Shown here piece after piece: positions 1 to 8,900 of a stretch of DNA of 41,186 bases (positions are counted from its first letter, which is position 1; each line of letters begins with the position of its first letter). The position numbers and the translations under genes are program-made. Where the stretch lies: positions 51,393-92,578 of the forward strand of contig CBFIJD010000002.1 in assembly GCA_965662845.1 (NCBI GenBank). Direction: 5' to 3'. The notes below the pieces were generated by a model. The model had not been told where the DNA came from. It saw nothing but the letters and a program-made list of their open reading frames with translations, and did not search any database. Origin of the DNA: an uncultured bacterium (lineage in GTDB: Bacteria; SAR324; NAC60-12).

Positions 1-183
1 ATAGTTGGTTTCGTGAGGGGCAACGCCCTGGGAATGCAAATCACACATCGTGCGTCTTGGGCCGTGCCGTTGGCCCTCGAATTTCCTTCTTCGTGGTTCC
101 CAGGGCGTTGCCCTGGGCTGGCGTCGTTTGCCCCTTTGGGGCGGTTAGAATAACCAAACCCCAGTGCTTCTTTTGCGTTCATC

Positions 184-416
184 GGTGGTAGTTGGTTTCG
201 TGAGTGGCAACGCCCTGGGTATGGGTAACGTAAATAATTCGAGGTCTGATTCCTCCCATCTGGCAACCGGGGAGTGCGTTCACTGGTGGTAGTTGGTTTC
301 GTGAGTGGCAACGCCTTGGGTATGGGTAACGGAAATAATTCGAGGTCTGATGCCTCTCATCTGGCAACCGGGGAGTGCGTTCACTGGTGGTAGTTGGTTT
401 CGTGAGGGGCAACGCC
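184..416. repeat. 101-bp tandem repeat (2 full copies plus a partial third)
   Basis: Units start with GGTGGTAGTTGG at 184, 285 and 386. The two full copies differ by only a few substitutions. Confidence 0.9.
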
Positions 417-423
417 CCGCCCC

Positions 424-542
424 ACGTCAGCCCAGGGCAACGCCCTGGGAATGCAAATCACACATCGTGCGTCTTAGACCGGGCCGTTGGCCCTCGAATT
501 TCCTTCCTTCGTGGTTCCCAGGGCGTTGCCCTGGGCTGGCGT
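424..542. repeat. Long inverted repeat (REPIN-like doublet)
   Basis: CAGCCCAGGGCAACGCCCTGGGAA (428-451) is the exact reverse complement of TTCCCAGGGCGTTGCCCTGGGCTG (515-538). The match extends to 424/542 with one mismatch. There is an internal hairpin GGGCCGTTGGCCC at 481-493. Confidence 0.9.
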
Positions 543-723
543 CGTTTGCCCCTTTGGGGCGGTTAGGATAACTGGTGGAATTGTTGAGACCAGCCTGCAT
601 TCTAAGTGCGCAGCGCGTCCGAGATCTCGAGAAGAATCCTCAAAAGCTGCCGCCACCCAATTGTCCGAGGGGTTCCCGTTTTTCCGTAGGGCCGTTGCGC
701 GAACCGACCTGACAACCCCGCGC

Positions 724-1722
724 TCAAATCACCGAGAGCAAAATCGTGAGAGTGACAATGCCCAGCAGCGTGGAGAGCAAGACGGAGGTCGTGACAAAGT
801 CGGGCTCTACGTCGTACTCAATCGCGATGATCGACGAGAGAATTGCCACGGGCATCGCCGCTTGCAGAATCCCAATGTCGCGCTCCATGCCTTGCAACGG
901 AAAGAACCCCGCGAGGAGCAGCGCCAACAGCGGCGCGAGCAACAAGCGCAGACCACACGCCAACCAGAGGTCGCGACGCAGCGCGATCTTCTTCACTGCG
1001 GCAAGCTGAACCCCGAGCGTCACAATCATCGTGGGCACCATCGCCTGTCCCAGCAAACCGGTCAGGCGGTTCACGGAGAGCGGGACTTCTAAGTCTGTCG
1101 CCGCGAACAGCGCAGCCGGTGGCAACGCCAACAGCGCCGGCGTCTTCAACACTTCCCAAACCGCTCGCACGCTGCCGTGCTTCACCCACCCCGACACTCC
1201 CACGCTCACCACGAAGGACGTCACCAAAATCGCCAGAAAGTATACCGTCGCGGGAACCCGTGAGACGTCTCCGAAGCGAAACTCAATCAACGACAAGCCG
1301 AAGTTGCCCACGTTTCCAAACACCGCGATCAACACGAACGCCGCGATGACTTCTTTGGATCGCTTCAGCGCAACGCCGACTCCTACCGCTGCCGCCGCCA
1401 CCGCCAGATGGGTGATCACGCTATAGCTCACCATCGTGAGGGTCAACTCCAGCGGCAGGTCTGCCGAGCTGATCACGTTAAAGATGAACGCCGGAATCAA
1501 GATGAAGTAGGCGTAGCGCGATAAGGTCTTCGCTTCTAGCCCCAGGCGCGGACCAGCGAAGTAACCAATCGCCACCAACGCAAACACTGGCAGCACGACG
1601 TCTAAGAAGACGCGCCACGTGCCACCCAAAATCATCAGCGCCAGCACCAGCGCGGCGCCGCTTACACTCAGCGAGAGGCGGTTCCGCTGCAGGCGCTGTT
1701 GCCAAGCAGGATCAAAGTTCAT
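724..1722 (-). CDS. AEC (auxin efflux carrier / malate permease-like) family transporter
   Basis: Very hydrophobic protein with AEC-type motifs: VLPVFALVAIGYF, FGNVGNFG, RLLLAP, QAAMPVA. The start is uncertain (ATG at 1722 chosen; a downstream start is possible). Confidence 0.85.
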   Translation of the reverse strand: MNFDPAWQQRLQRNRLSLSVSGAALVLALMILGGTWRVFLDVVLPVFALVAIGYFAGPRLGLEAKTLSRYAYFILIPAFIFNVISSADLPLELTLTMVSYSVITHLAVAAAAVGVGVALKRSKEVIAAFVLIAVFGNVGNFGLSLIEFRFGDVSRVPATVYFLAILVTSFVVSVGVSGWVKHGSVRAVWEVLKTPALLALPPAALFAATDLEVPLSVNRLTGLLGQAMVPTMIVTLGVQLAAVKKIALRRDLWLACGLRLLLAPLLALLLAGFFPLQGMERDIGILQAAMPVAILSSIIAIEYDVEPDFVTTSVLLSTLLGIVTLTILLSVI

Positions 1723-1815
1723 GGAGAGGCTCACGGAAGGAACGGAAGGTTGACGCAAGGCGAGCGTGCGGTCAGAGAAGACCGAACACGAACGAGCGAG
1801 GCTACGCAGAGCGGC

Positions 1816-2463
1816 TCAGGTCATCAGCAACACGACCAACTCTTTGCAGCCGTGGATGCCATAGACAAGCGTTTGCTCGATGTCGGCTGTTTTGGAGGGC
1901 CCAGAGATCAGCAACGCGTTTGTGGGCAGCTGCTCGCTCCAGTGCTCTTGCGTGATCGCTTCGTAGAGAGTGTTGTAGATGCGTTTGCTGTCCAGCAACG
2001 CGATGTGCACTTTGGGAACCAACGACAGCGTGCGCGGCTCCTGCGCGTTGGGCCACACAATCAGCGAGCCGGTCTCCGCGATGCCTCCCAGCGTCGTTGT
2101 GATGGCCGCGTCCACACCGAAGATCGTATCTTTGGTCTGCTCAAACGCCTCCACAAACGGGATGCGTTGCAGCGTCGCAGGCGCGTCCCACTCGGCGAGC
2201 GGTGTGGTCAGCGACGGGTGCTGGCCATACATCAATGTGCGGATGTCTTTCGCGGCGACCACCTGCTGAACGCCCGCGAGCCAGTGGTCTCGCTCGCACT
2301 CCACAAACTCTGTGTGCACCGCTTGCATCATGCGCTTGAGGCGGCTGACTCTCTGGCGGGCGCTCCATTTCTTGCGCTGCACCACCGAAAAATCCGGCTG
2401 CGGCTGCGGGAACGCAGAGCGCCGAGACCGCAAATTGTCAAGGATCGTGGCGCGGGCGCTCAT
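1816..2463 (-). CDS. lutC: Lactate utilisation protein C (LUD domain, YkgG-like)
   Basis: Motifs GIAETGSL, RTLSLVP and ISGPSKTADIEQTLVYGIHG; last gene of the lutABC set. Confidence 0.9.
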   Translation of the reverse strand: MSARATILDNLRSRRSAFPQPQPDFSVVQRKKWSARQRVSRLKRMMQAVHTEFVECERDHWLAGVQQVVAAKDIRTLMYGQHPSLTTPLAEWDAPATLQRIPFVEAFEQTKDTIFGVDAAITTTLGGIAETGSLIVWPNAQEPRTLSLVPKVHIALLDSKRIYNTLYEAITQEHWSEQLPTNALLISGPSKTADIEQTLVYGIHGCKELVVLLMT

Positions 2464-3875
2464 GCCTCCTCCACACCGAGCGCTTTGACGCGCTCATGCA
2501 GCGTCTGCGGCGCGAGCTTGGGTTCGGAGCGCGCGGCAGTCCACCGACGAATGCCAGGAAATTTGCCGTACGGCAGGTGCCGAGCGAGGCGCGAGAGCTT
2601 CCACGACATGACGCGGTAGAGCTTGGGATGCGCGAAGCCGAGCGCCCAGACCTTCCAGACCGCCTTCTCGAACAGCGTCTTTTGTTTCTGCGGGTCAGTG
2701 AGCGGCTTCTCCAGATGGTGAGACTGCTGCTGTTGACGCAGCTTCAGCAGGATGTCGGTGATCGGGATCTTGACGGGGCAGACCTCGACGCAGGCGCCAC
2801 ACAAGCTGGAAGCCCCCGCGAGGTGCCCTGCGTCATCGAGTCCTTTGATTTGCGGCGTGAGGATTTTGCCAATGGGGCCGGGATACACCGAACTGTACGC
2901 GTGACCGCCGATGCGGGCATAGACGGGGCAGTGGTTCATGCACGCGCCGCAGCGGATGCACAGCAGCGTCTCCCGCAGCAGCTCGTCGGCGTACATTGTC
3001 GAGCGCCCGTTGTCGAGGAGTAGCAAGTGCACCTCGGTCGGGCCATCCAGCTCGTCGGCTTTGCGCGGGGAGGTGATCATATTGAAGTAGGTCGTGATCG
3101 GCTGTCCGGTCGCTGAGCGTGTGAGCAGGCTCAATAGTGGCGGGACGTCGGCCAGCTGCGCGACGACCTTCTCTAGCCCCATGATCGCGACGTGCACCGG
3201 CGGGACCGTCGTGCTGAAGCGCCCGTTGCCTTCATTCTCGACCAGACACAGCGTCCCCGTCTCGGCGACAGCGAAGTTTACGCCTGAGATCCCGACTTCG
3301 GCGTCGTGGAATTTCTGGCGCAGGATCTCTCGCGCCGCAGCGGTCAAATCTGCAGCATCTTCGGTGTAAGGCACGTGCAGCTTCTGGTCGAAGAGCGTCG
3401 CGATCTCCTGCGTGTTCTTGTGAATCGCGGGCATGATGATGTGCGACGGCGTCTCATGGTCGATCTGAATGATGTACTCGCCGAGGTCGGACTCCAGACA
3501 CTCGATGCCATACGGCTCCATGAAGTGGTTCAGCTCCATCTCTTCCGAGACCATCGACTTGCCTTTGACGATGGTCTTGGCGTTGTGGCGCTGCGCAATC
3601 TCCAGCACCTTGCGGTTGCCTTCTTCCACTGTAGCCGCCCAGTGCACGTGGATGCCGTTGGCGGTGCATTTGGCTTCGAGCTGTTCGAGCAGCTCAGGTA
3701 GCTGCTGCAGCGCCTGCATCCGCAGCTGGTAGCCCAGCTCTCGGAGCGCCTCGGTCTCTTCTTCGGCGAAAGCGTTGACGCGCTTCTGCATCAACCCTGT
3801 CATCGCTTTGTCAAAGTTGCGCCGCAGCTGCGGATTGACGAGCGCAGCGGTGGTGTCTTGTGCGAAGGTGTTCAT
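2460..3875 (-). CDS. lutB: Lactate utilisation protein B, Fe-S protein (YkgF-like)
   Basis: Motifs KGKSMVSEE, PSHIIMPAIH and VENEGNGR, and the ferredoxin motifs CIRCGACMNHCP and SSLCGACVEVCP. Confidence 0.95.
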   Translation of the reverse strand: MNTFAQDTTAALVNPQLRRNFDKAMTGLMQKRVNAFAEEETEALRELGYQLRMQALQQLPELLEQLEAKCTANGIHVHWAATVEEGNRKVLEIAQRHNAKTIVKGKSMVSEEMELNHFMEPYGIECLESDLGEYIIQIDHETPSHIIMPAIHKNTQEIATLFDQKLHVPYTEDAADLTAAAREILRQKFHDAEVGISGVNFAVAETGTLCLVENEGNGRFSTTVPPVHVAIMGLEKVVAQLADVPPLLSLLTRSATGQPITTYFNMITSPRKADELDGPTEVHLLLLDNGRSTMYADELLRETLLCIRCGACMNHCPVYARIGGHAYSSVYPGPIGKILTPQIKGLDDAGHLAGASSLCGACVEVCPVKIPITDILLKLRQQQQSHHLEKPLTDPQKQKTLFEKAVWKVWALGFAHPKLYRVMSWKLSRLARHLPYGKFPGIRRWTAARSEPKLAPQTLHERVKALGVEEA

Positions 3876-4651
3876 GAGTGTTCCTCAGATGGATGGGTGC
3901 GTTCCCACAAGAAGGAGGCGATATGCTGGCAGCGGACGTCATCGCCGTTGTGTTCCAGCACGCCCTCGATGTTCATCAAGCAACCGTAGTCTCCTGCCAG
4001 CAGCCGCGCCGCGCCGGTTTTGCAGACGTCCGCCGCTTTGTCGCGGGTCATCTCAGTAGAGATGTTGGCGTGCTTCACGGCGAAGGTGCCTCCGAAGCCG
4101 CAGCACTCGCTCTCGCGCTGCAGCTCGACCAGCTCCACGTGCTTCAGGTGACGCAGCAGCCGCTTCGGAGCGTCGCCAATGCCCATCTCGCGTTGCGCGT
4201 GACACGAGGCATGCCACGTCACCTTGAGCGGTTCGCCGAGGTCATCGGGCTGATATTCCAGCACATTCACCAAAAACTCGGTCAGCTCAAACACGCGAGC
4301 GGCGAAGCGTAGCGCTTGCGGTAAGAAAGGATCGTTGGCGAACAGTTCACGATAGTGATGCGTCATCATGGCGCCGCAAGAGCCAGACGGGATCACCACA
4401 GGGAGGTCTTTGGGGAAGGCCTCGATCTGCGTGCGAGCGACGCGACGCGCCTCGTCGTGAAATCCAGAGTTGAAGGCCGGCTGACCGCAGCACGATTGCT
4501 CTGGCGGAAAGATCACGCGCAGCCCTGCGCGTTGCAACAGCTGAATGCCGTGCAACCCTGCGTCGGGATAACACAAGTCAACGATGCACGTGCCAAAGAA
4601 GTACACGGCTGTGGGGCGTGGCGGGTAAACGCGCGCAATGGCAGTGGACAT
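3872..4651 (-). CDS. lutA: Lactate utilisation protein A, CCG-domain Fe-S oxidoreductase (YkgE-like)
   Basis: Two CCG domains (QSCCGQPAFNSG; CCGFGGTFAVK), plus PSGSC and GCLMNI. The start was trimmed to ATG 4651. Confidence 0.93.
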   Translation of the reverse strand: MSTAIARVYPPRPTAVYFFGTCIVDLCYPDAGLHGIQLLQRAGLRVIFPPEQSCCGQPAFNSGFHDEARRVARTQIEAFPKDLPVVIPSGSCGAMMTHHYRELFANDPFLPQALRFAARVFELTEFLVNVLEYQPDDLGEPLKVTWHASCHAQREMGIGDAPKRLLRHLKHVELVELQRESECCGFGGTFAVKHANISTEMTRDKAADVCKTGAARLLAGDYGCLMNIEGVLEHNGDDVRCQHIASFLWERTHPSEEHS

Positions 4652-4908
4652 GGGCCCGTGGGGGCAAAGGTGAGAAAGCGTCCCCATCTCGAGAAGATGT
4701 GGTTTTGTTAGACAAAATCGAGCCCACGTAGATAACACGCCCCCACAGAAATGCAAAGAGCGAAGGGCTGCGCGCAAGGTTCATGACTTGGAGCCAACCA
4801 TTCGCGTCACCATTGACATGGTTTTTGCTTAAAGTTGTAAGCATCAATGAGTTACAGAAAAGCTCACTCGAATGACGTTCAATCCTCTTCCTCAAACAAA
4901 ACCTGTCC

Positions 4909-5601
4909 ATGACTTCACAAAGTGCTGGAAGATCTCTGCTGCTGTTGGTGGGTTTGCTCATGTTGCTCCCTTCTTTCGCGCAAGCGCTAACAATTTATCC
5001 TGAGACGCAAACACGACGCTTCGTCGCAGCTGGTAGCGCTTATGGTTCTTATGAAGACGGGCGTTATCAAGTCGGTTTGGAAGGAAATACTGCAGAATTT
5101 ACATTTTGGCACAAGCGAGGAGAATGGGGCATCACCCGCGGAGCAAGTCTCGGCTGGTATGGTCTCTCAGGCAACACTTCTTCTGAAGACGACACCGCGT
5201 ACATCGACTATCAGAGGATCATGCTAGCCTCTTTGAGCATTGGCTATGACTTCGATGTGGGGTTCCTAAGGTTCCAGCCTCAATACCGAGTTGGATACGG
5301 CAGAGACTCCTTGACCCGTGAGCTGAAAGGCAACTCTCCAGAGTTAATCACCCAGACAGGGGCGGTCATCATGGAAGGTACAGAGCTTCTCATACACTAT
5401 GATCTATCAAGTCCGTTGTTTGTGGGACTCAAATATGGGAGCTACATCAATACGGAACAAATTGACTATGAGAGTGACCGAGGTCAGCTGAAGATGAACC
5501 GCACGGTCTTGTTCACTATCGGGTTGCGTTCAAGCGCTCGCTATTCGACTTCAAAGGGGCTGTCGCGGAGCGTACCATGGAAGTTGCCCAGCAGATGGTG
5601 A
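4909..5601 (+). CDS. Hypothetical exported protein, probable small outer-membrane beta-barrel
   Basis: Signal peptide ending AQA; Gly/Tyr-rich alternating strands (LSIGYDF, LFVGLKYG, LFTIGLRS). Confidence 0.6.
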   Translation: MTSQSAGRSLLLLVGLLMLLPSFAQALTIYPETQTRRFVAAGSAYGSYEDGRYQVGLEGNTAEFTFWHKRGEWGITRGASLGWYGLSGNTSSEDDTAYIDYQRIMLASLSIGYDFDVGFLRFQPQYRVGYGRDSLTRELKGNSPELITQTGAVIMEGTELLIHYDLSSPLFVGLKYGSYINTEQIDYESDRGQLKMNRTVLFTIGLRSSARYSTSKGLSRSVPWKLPSRW

Positions 5602-5713
5602 CCTTCTTGCGTTCGATCTGGCCATCGCGGAAACAATCTTGCAAGGGGCGTCAACGCGACCGCGAAGGAATCGCGGCACCGCGCAACCTTAGAACCTGCG
5701 TTGCACAACGGAC

Positions 5714-6913
5714 ATGGACACGTCATCTCTCCCCTTCTCTGAATCGCTGCCATGGACTGGGCCTGTGGCCAAAGGTCCCGTCGAAATCAAGGGCTACCGA
5801 GGCGCGCTCAGCCTGTTGCTCGACCCCTCCGCGACCTTTGACTCCATCCTCGATGCGCTAGAGAGCACGCTGCGCAAGCTTGGACACCGACAATTTTTTC
5901 AAGGCTCCCCCATCATTTTGCAGAGCGGAGAACGCAGCCTGGCGCCCGCCGAGCTGGAGCGTCTGCAAGAGGTGCTGGAATCGGTCAGCGGGCTGCGTCT
6001 GCAAACCTTAGAACTCTCAACAGAGCCGCCAGAGCCAGCCGCCACACCAGAAGATCTCTTCCCGGAACTCTCTGCGTCTCCTGAAGTGCCTGCCCAGCAA
6101 GCAGCGCCTCAGAACGCGCCCTCTTCCCCCGCGTTGCGGTCAGCGTCCTCAGCCCCTGCACAAAGTGGAAACTCCGCGCAAAGCATGCCGCCTGCGTCCC
6201 CTCCGCTTGCGAAGACCGCTGCGGCGCCGACTCCTCCGCGCCGAGACGCAGTCCACCCGGCGAAAACGCTCGCAGAGTCGCAAGCCCCCCGCAAACAACC
6301 GGTGCCCACCACCGTGACCGCTGTGCCAGAGCCGCCTTCTCTGATCATTGAGACCCCGCGCGCGCCGACTCCCCCTCTGGATGCCGAGCCCACGCAGCAA
6401 CCACGGGCAGAACCGGCTGTCTCAGAAAAGCAAGCCCCAGAAGCCTCTCCACTCCCAGAGGGTGTGCGCGCTGACTCAATGCTCGTCGTTCGACAGACGC
6501 TGCGCTCGGGACAAAAAATTCGCACGTCCCAGAGCATCATCGTGTTTGGCGATTTGAATTCGGGAGCCGAGATTGTCTCTGAGGGCGACATCATCGTGCT
6601 GGGGACGATTCGGGGGCTGGTGCACGCGGGCGCTTCGGGGGATCGAGCCTCGCAGGTTATGGCGCTGCGTCTCGCTCCCGTGCAAATTCGCATCGCAGAT
6701 CTGATCGCGCAACCGCCGGAAGAGTCCACCCATCACCTGCCGATTGGCCCGGAAAAAGCGTTCATCGAGCGCGGTCAAGTCATCATTGAGAACCAATCGC
6801 AAGCCTTGCAGCAGCTGTTGCCGATGTTATACGAAGCGCAGCGCCCCGAGTCGAAGCGCAAGGCCCCCAAATCTAACATTCCGAGCCTCTGCATCGGCAC
6901 ACTGCGGTTGTGA
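5714..6913 (+). CDS. minC: Septum site-determining protein MinC with a long Pro/Ala linker
   Basis: C-terminal domain QTLRSGQKI...GDLNSGAEIVSEGDIIVLGTIRGLVHAGASGD; N-terminal VEIKG; directly upstream of minD and minE. Confidence 0.92.
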   Translation: MDTSSLPFSESLPWTGPVAKGPVEIKGYRGALSLLLDPSATFDSILDALESTLRKLGHRQFFQGSPIILQSGERSLAPAELERLQEVLESVSGLRLQTLELSTEPPEPAATPEDLFPELSASPEVPAQQAAPQNAPSSPALRSASSAPAQSGNSAQSMPPASPPLAKTAAAPTPPRRDAVHPAKTLAESQAPRKQPVPTTVTAVPEPPSLIIETPRAPTPPLDAEPTQQPRAEPAVSEKQAPEASPLPEGVRADSMLVVRQTLRSGQKIRTSQSIIVFGDLNSGAEIVSEGDIIVLGTIRGLVHAGASGDRASQVMALRLAPVQIRIADLIAQPPEESTHHLPIGPEKAFIERGQVIIENQSQALQQLLPMLYEAQRPESKRKAPKSNIPSLCIGTLRL

Positions 6914-6952
6914 GGCGCGGCCCTTTTTCGTCGTTTTTTGTCACAGGGAAGT

Positions 6953-7741
6953 ATGAGTGAAGTCATTGTAGTGACCTCTGGCAAGGGAGGCGTCGGCAAA
7001 ACGACGACCACTGCCAACTTGAGCACCGCGCTCGCAGGTTTCGGCAAACGGGTCGTCGCGATTGATGCGGACATTGGCTTGCGGAATCTCGACATCATCA
7101 TGGGACTCGAGAACCGCATCGTCTATAACCTTGTGGATGTTGTGCACCAACGCTGTGGCTATCGGCAGGCGCTCATTCGCGACAAGCGCAACAAGAACCT
7201 CTACTTGCTGCCCTCATCTCAGGTGGAAGACAAAAACTCGGTCAATCCCGAGCAGATGAAAGCGCTGTGTGCGGAGATGGCGCAGGAGTTTGACTACATC
7301 TTGATCGATTGTCCTGCTGGCATTGAACAAGGCTTCCGAAACGCCATCGCAGGGGCCAGCAAAGCGGTGGTGGTCACGACCCCAGAAGTCTCAGCGGTGC
7401 GGGACGCCGACCGCATTATCGGCCTGTTGCAGCATCACGGCATTCCGCAATATCTGCTGGTGAATCGCCTCAACCTCCAGATGGTCGCGGAAGGCGAGAT
7501 GATGAGCCAAGACGACGTGATGGAGATCCTCGCGATTGATCTGCTCGGTGTGGTGATTGAAGATGGAGACGTGGTGGTCTCTGGAAATCAAGGCGTCCCC
7601 ACTGTGCTGAACAAAGACTCGCGCGCCGGCCAAGCCTACCAGCGCATCACCCGCCGTCTCATGGGCGAAAATATTCCCATTCCCTCCTTCGAGGAGAAGA
7701 AGGGCTTCTTTTCCAAGATTTTTGGACGTAAATCATCATGA
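6953..7741 (+). CDS. minD: Septum site-determining ATPase MinD
   Basis: Deviant Walker A SGKGGVGKTT, DIGLRNLD, DCPAGIEQGF and C-terminal amphipathic helix KGFFSKIFG. Confidence 0.98.
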   Translation: MSEVIVVTSGKGGVGKTTTTANLSTALAGFGKRVVAIDADIGLRNLDIIMGLENRIVYNLVDVVHQRCGYRQALIRDKRNKNLYLLPSSQVEDKNSVNPEQMKALCAEMAQEFDYILIDCPAGIEQGFRNAIAGASKAVVVTTPEVSAVRDADRIIGLLQHHGIPQYLLVNRLNLQMVAEGEMMSQDDVMEILAIDLLGVVIEDGDVVVSGNQGVPTVLNKDSRAGQAYQRITRRLMGENIPIPSFEEKKGFFSKIFGRKSS

Positions 7742-8013
7742 CTTTTCTCCGCTTGCTCAAACGTCTGCTCCGCCCCGAACCGCCTTCGGCAGCGGCGGCT
7801 AAAAATCGTCTGCAACTGGTGCTCGCGCGCGAACGCTCCGACCTCACCGCTGTCGATTTGGGAGAGATGAAGAAGGATTTGGTGGAGGTGATCTCGCGCT
7901 ATTTTGAGATTGACGAGGAGTCGCTCTCTATCGAGATTTTGGACAAGGAAGGGCAGCGCGCGCTCAGCGTGAGCACAGCGTTAGAGACGCCGGCGGTGCC
8001 ACGCGCGACCTGA
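7738..8013 (+). CDS. minE: Cell division topological specificity factor MinE
   Basis: SAAAAKNRLQLVLARER and DLVEVISRY; ATGA overlap with minD. Confidence 0.95.
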   Translation: MTFLRLLKRLLRPEPPSAAAAKNRLQLVLARERSDLTAVDLGEMKKDLVEVISRYFEIDEESLSIEILDKEGQRALSVSTALETPAVPRAT

Positions 8014-8886
8014 TCAGATGCGGTTCTGCAGAAAAGCGCGGATCGCTTGCGCCACGCCTTCGGGCTCGTCTAGGTGCAAATGGTGCTTCCCTGGCAGCAG
8101 CACGTCTTGGATGTCGGACACGAACTGACACCGCTCGCGCATGCGCTCCTGCCACTCGGGGCTGTCTTCAAACAAGTAGTCGCCGTGAATCAACAAGGTA
8201 GGGCACCGAATCTGTCGCAAAAATGCCTGCACTTGTCCTTCGGTAAAGTACGTCCGTGAGCCCGTCCGCAGTCGTGGATCCGAGGCCCACGTCACACCAT
8301 TCTCCACCATCTTCACCCCCCGCTGCACGAGCGTTCTCACCGAGCTTAACTTCATCTTAGAAGAGCGAAACCGCGCCTGCACCGCCGACTCCAAGTTGGG
8401 ATAGAGCGGCATCGTTTTGTGTTCGAGGGCGCGCATGCCGCTCATCGACTTGCGTAAGGCTTGTGGCCCGGTCTCAGGTGGACGCGCGTATGGGCCCAGC
8501 CCTTCAATCGCGATCAAATTTTGAATGCGGTCGGGTTGGGTTCCCGCCATGAAGGAAGTGATCGCCGCACCGAGCGAGTGGCCCATCAAATTGAACTTTT
8601 CCCAGCCCAACTCTTCTGCAACACGAAACATCCAGTCCACCATGTCAGAGAAGTGATACGTCATCCCAGGCGGCAGGTGATCAGAGAAACCGTGACCGTG
8701 CAAATCAAGCGCGACAATGCGTAGTTCAGGCAGCAGAGGCGCCAAGTGATCGTAGGTCGCCGCGTTGTCGAGCCAGCCGTGCAACGCGAGCACGGGGACT
8801 CCGGTTTCAGGACCCCAGCAACGCGCCGCGAAGCGCAGGTGTGGCAGATGAATGTCCATTTCACGAAAATGTATGTTTCCGGCCAT
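8014..8886 (-). CDS. Alpha/beta fold hydrolase
   Basis: LHGWLDNA, nucleophile elbow GHSLG and C-terminal HHLH. The start was trimmed to ATG 8886. Confidence 0.9.
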   Translation of the reverse strand: MAGNIHFREMDIHLPHLRFAARCWGPETGVPVLALHGWLDNAATYDHLAPLLPELRIVALDLHGHGFSDHLPPGMTYHFSDMVDWMFRVAEELGWEKFNLMGHSLGAAITSFMAGTQPDRIQNLIAIEGLGPYARPPETGPQALRKSMSGMRALEHKTMPLYPNLESAVQARFRSSKMKLSSVRTLVQRGVKMVENGVTWASDPRLRTGSRTYFTEGQVQAFLRQIRCPTLLIHGDYLFEDSPEWQERMRERCQFVSDIQDVLLPGKHHLHLDEPEGVAQAIRAFLQNRI

Positions 8887-8900
8887 GCTCGTGCAGAGAG

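Larger units (their letters stand above)
1..572. repeat. Composite REP/REPIN-like palindromic repeat block
   Basis: The motif TAGTTGGTTTCGTGAG(G/T)GGCAACGCC occurs at 2-27, 189-214, 290-315 and 391-416. A ~135-bp unit is duplicated at ~19-154 and ~436-572. It contains the palindromes CCCAGGGCAACGCCCTGGG / CCCAGGGCGTTGCCCTGGG and GCCCCTTTGGGGC (130-142, 548-560). The block may continue left of the window. Confidence 0.85.

Noticed and set aside
1..416. CRISPR array (four copies of a 26-bp motif)
   Set aside because: The intervening sequences are 75-160 bp, two of them are near-identical, and no cas genes are present. This is a tandem/REP-type repeat.
179..656. Short ORFs over the repeat block
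   Set aside because: They are translations of palindromic repeats with no protein-like features.
669..719. GTAG-type REP or terminator downstream of the AEC gene
   Set aside because: Single degenerate copy with an imperfect stem and no U-tract on the relevant strand.
1699..2619. 306-aa plus-strand ORF (also 487-1092, 9249-10049, 28382-29068, 32662-33420 and similar)
   Set aside because: Antisense or off-frame shadows of well-supported genes, as expected in GC-rich DNA.
4813..4841. Sigma70 promoter from the perfect TTGACA at 4813
   Set aside because: No acceptable -10 hexamer at 16-18 bp spacing.
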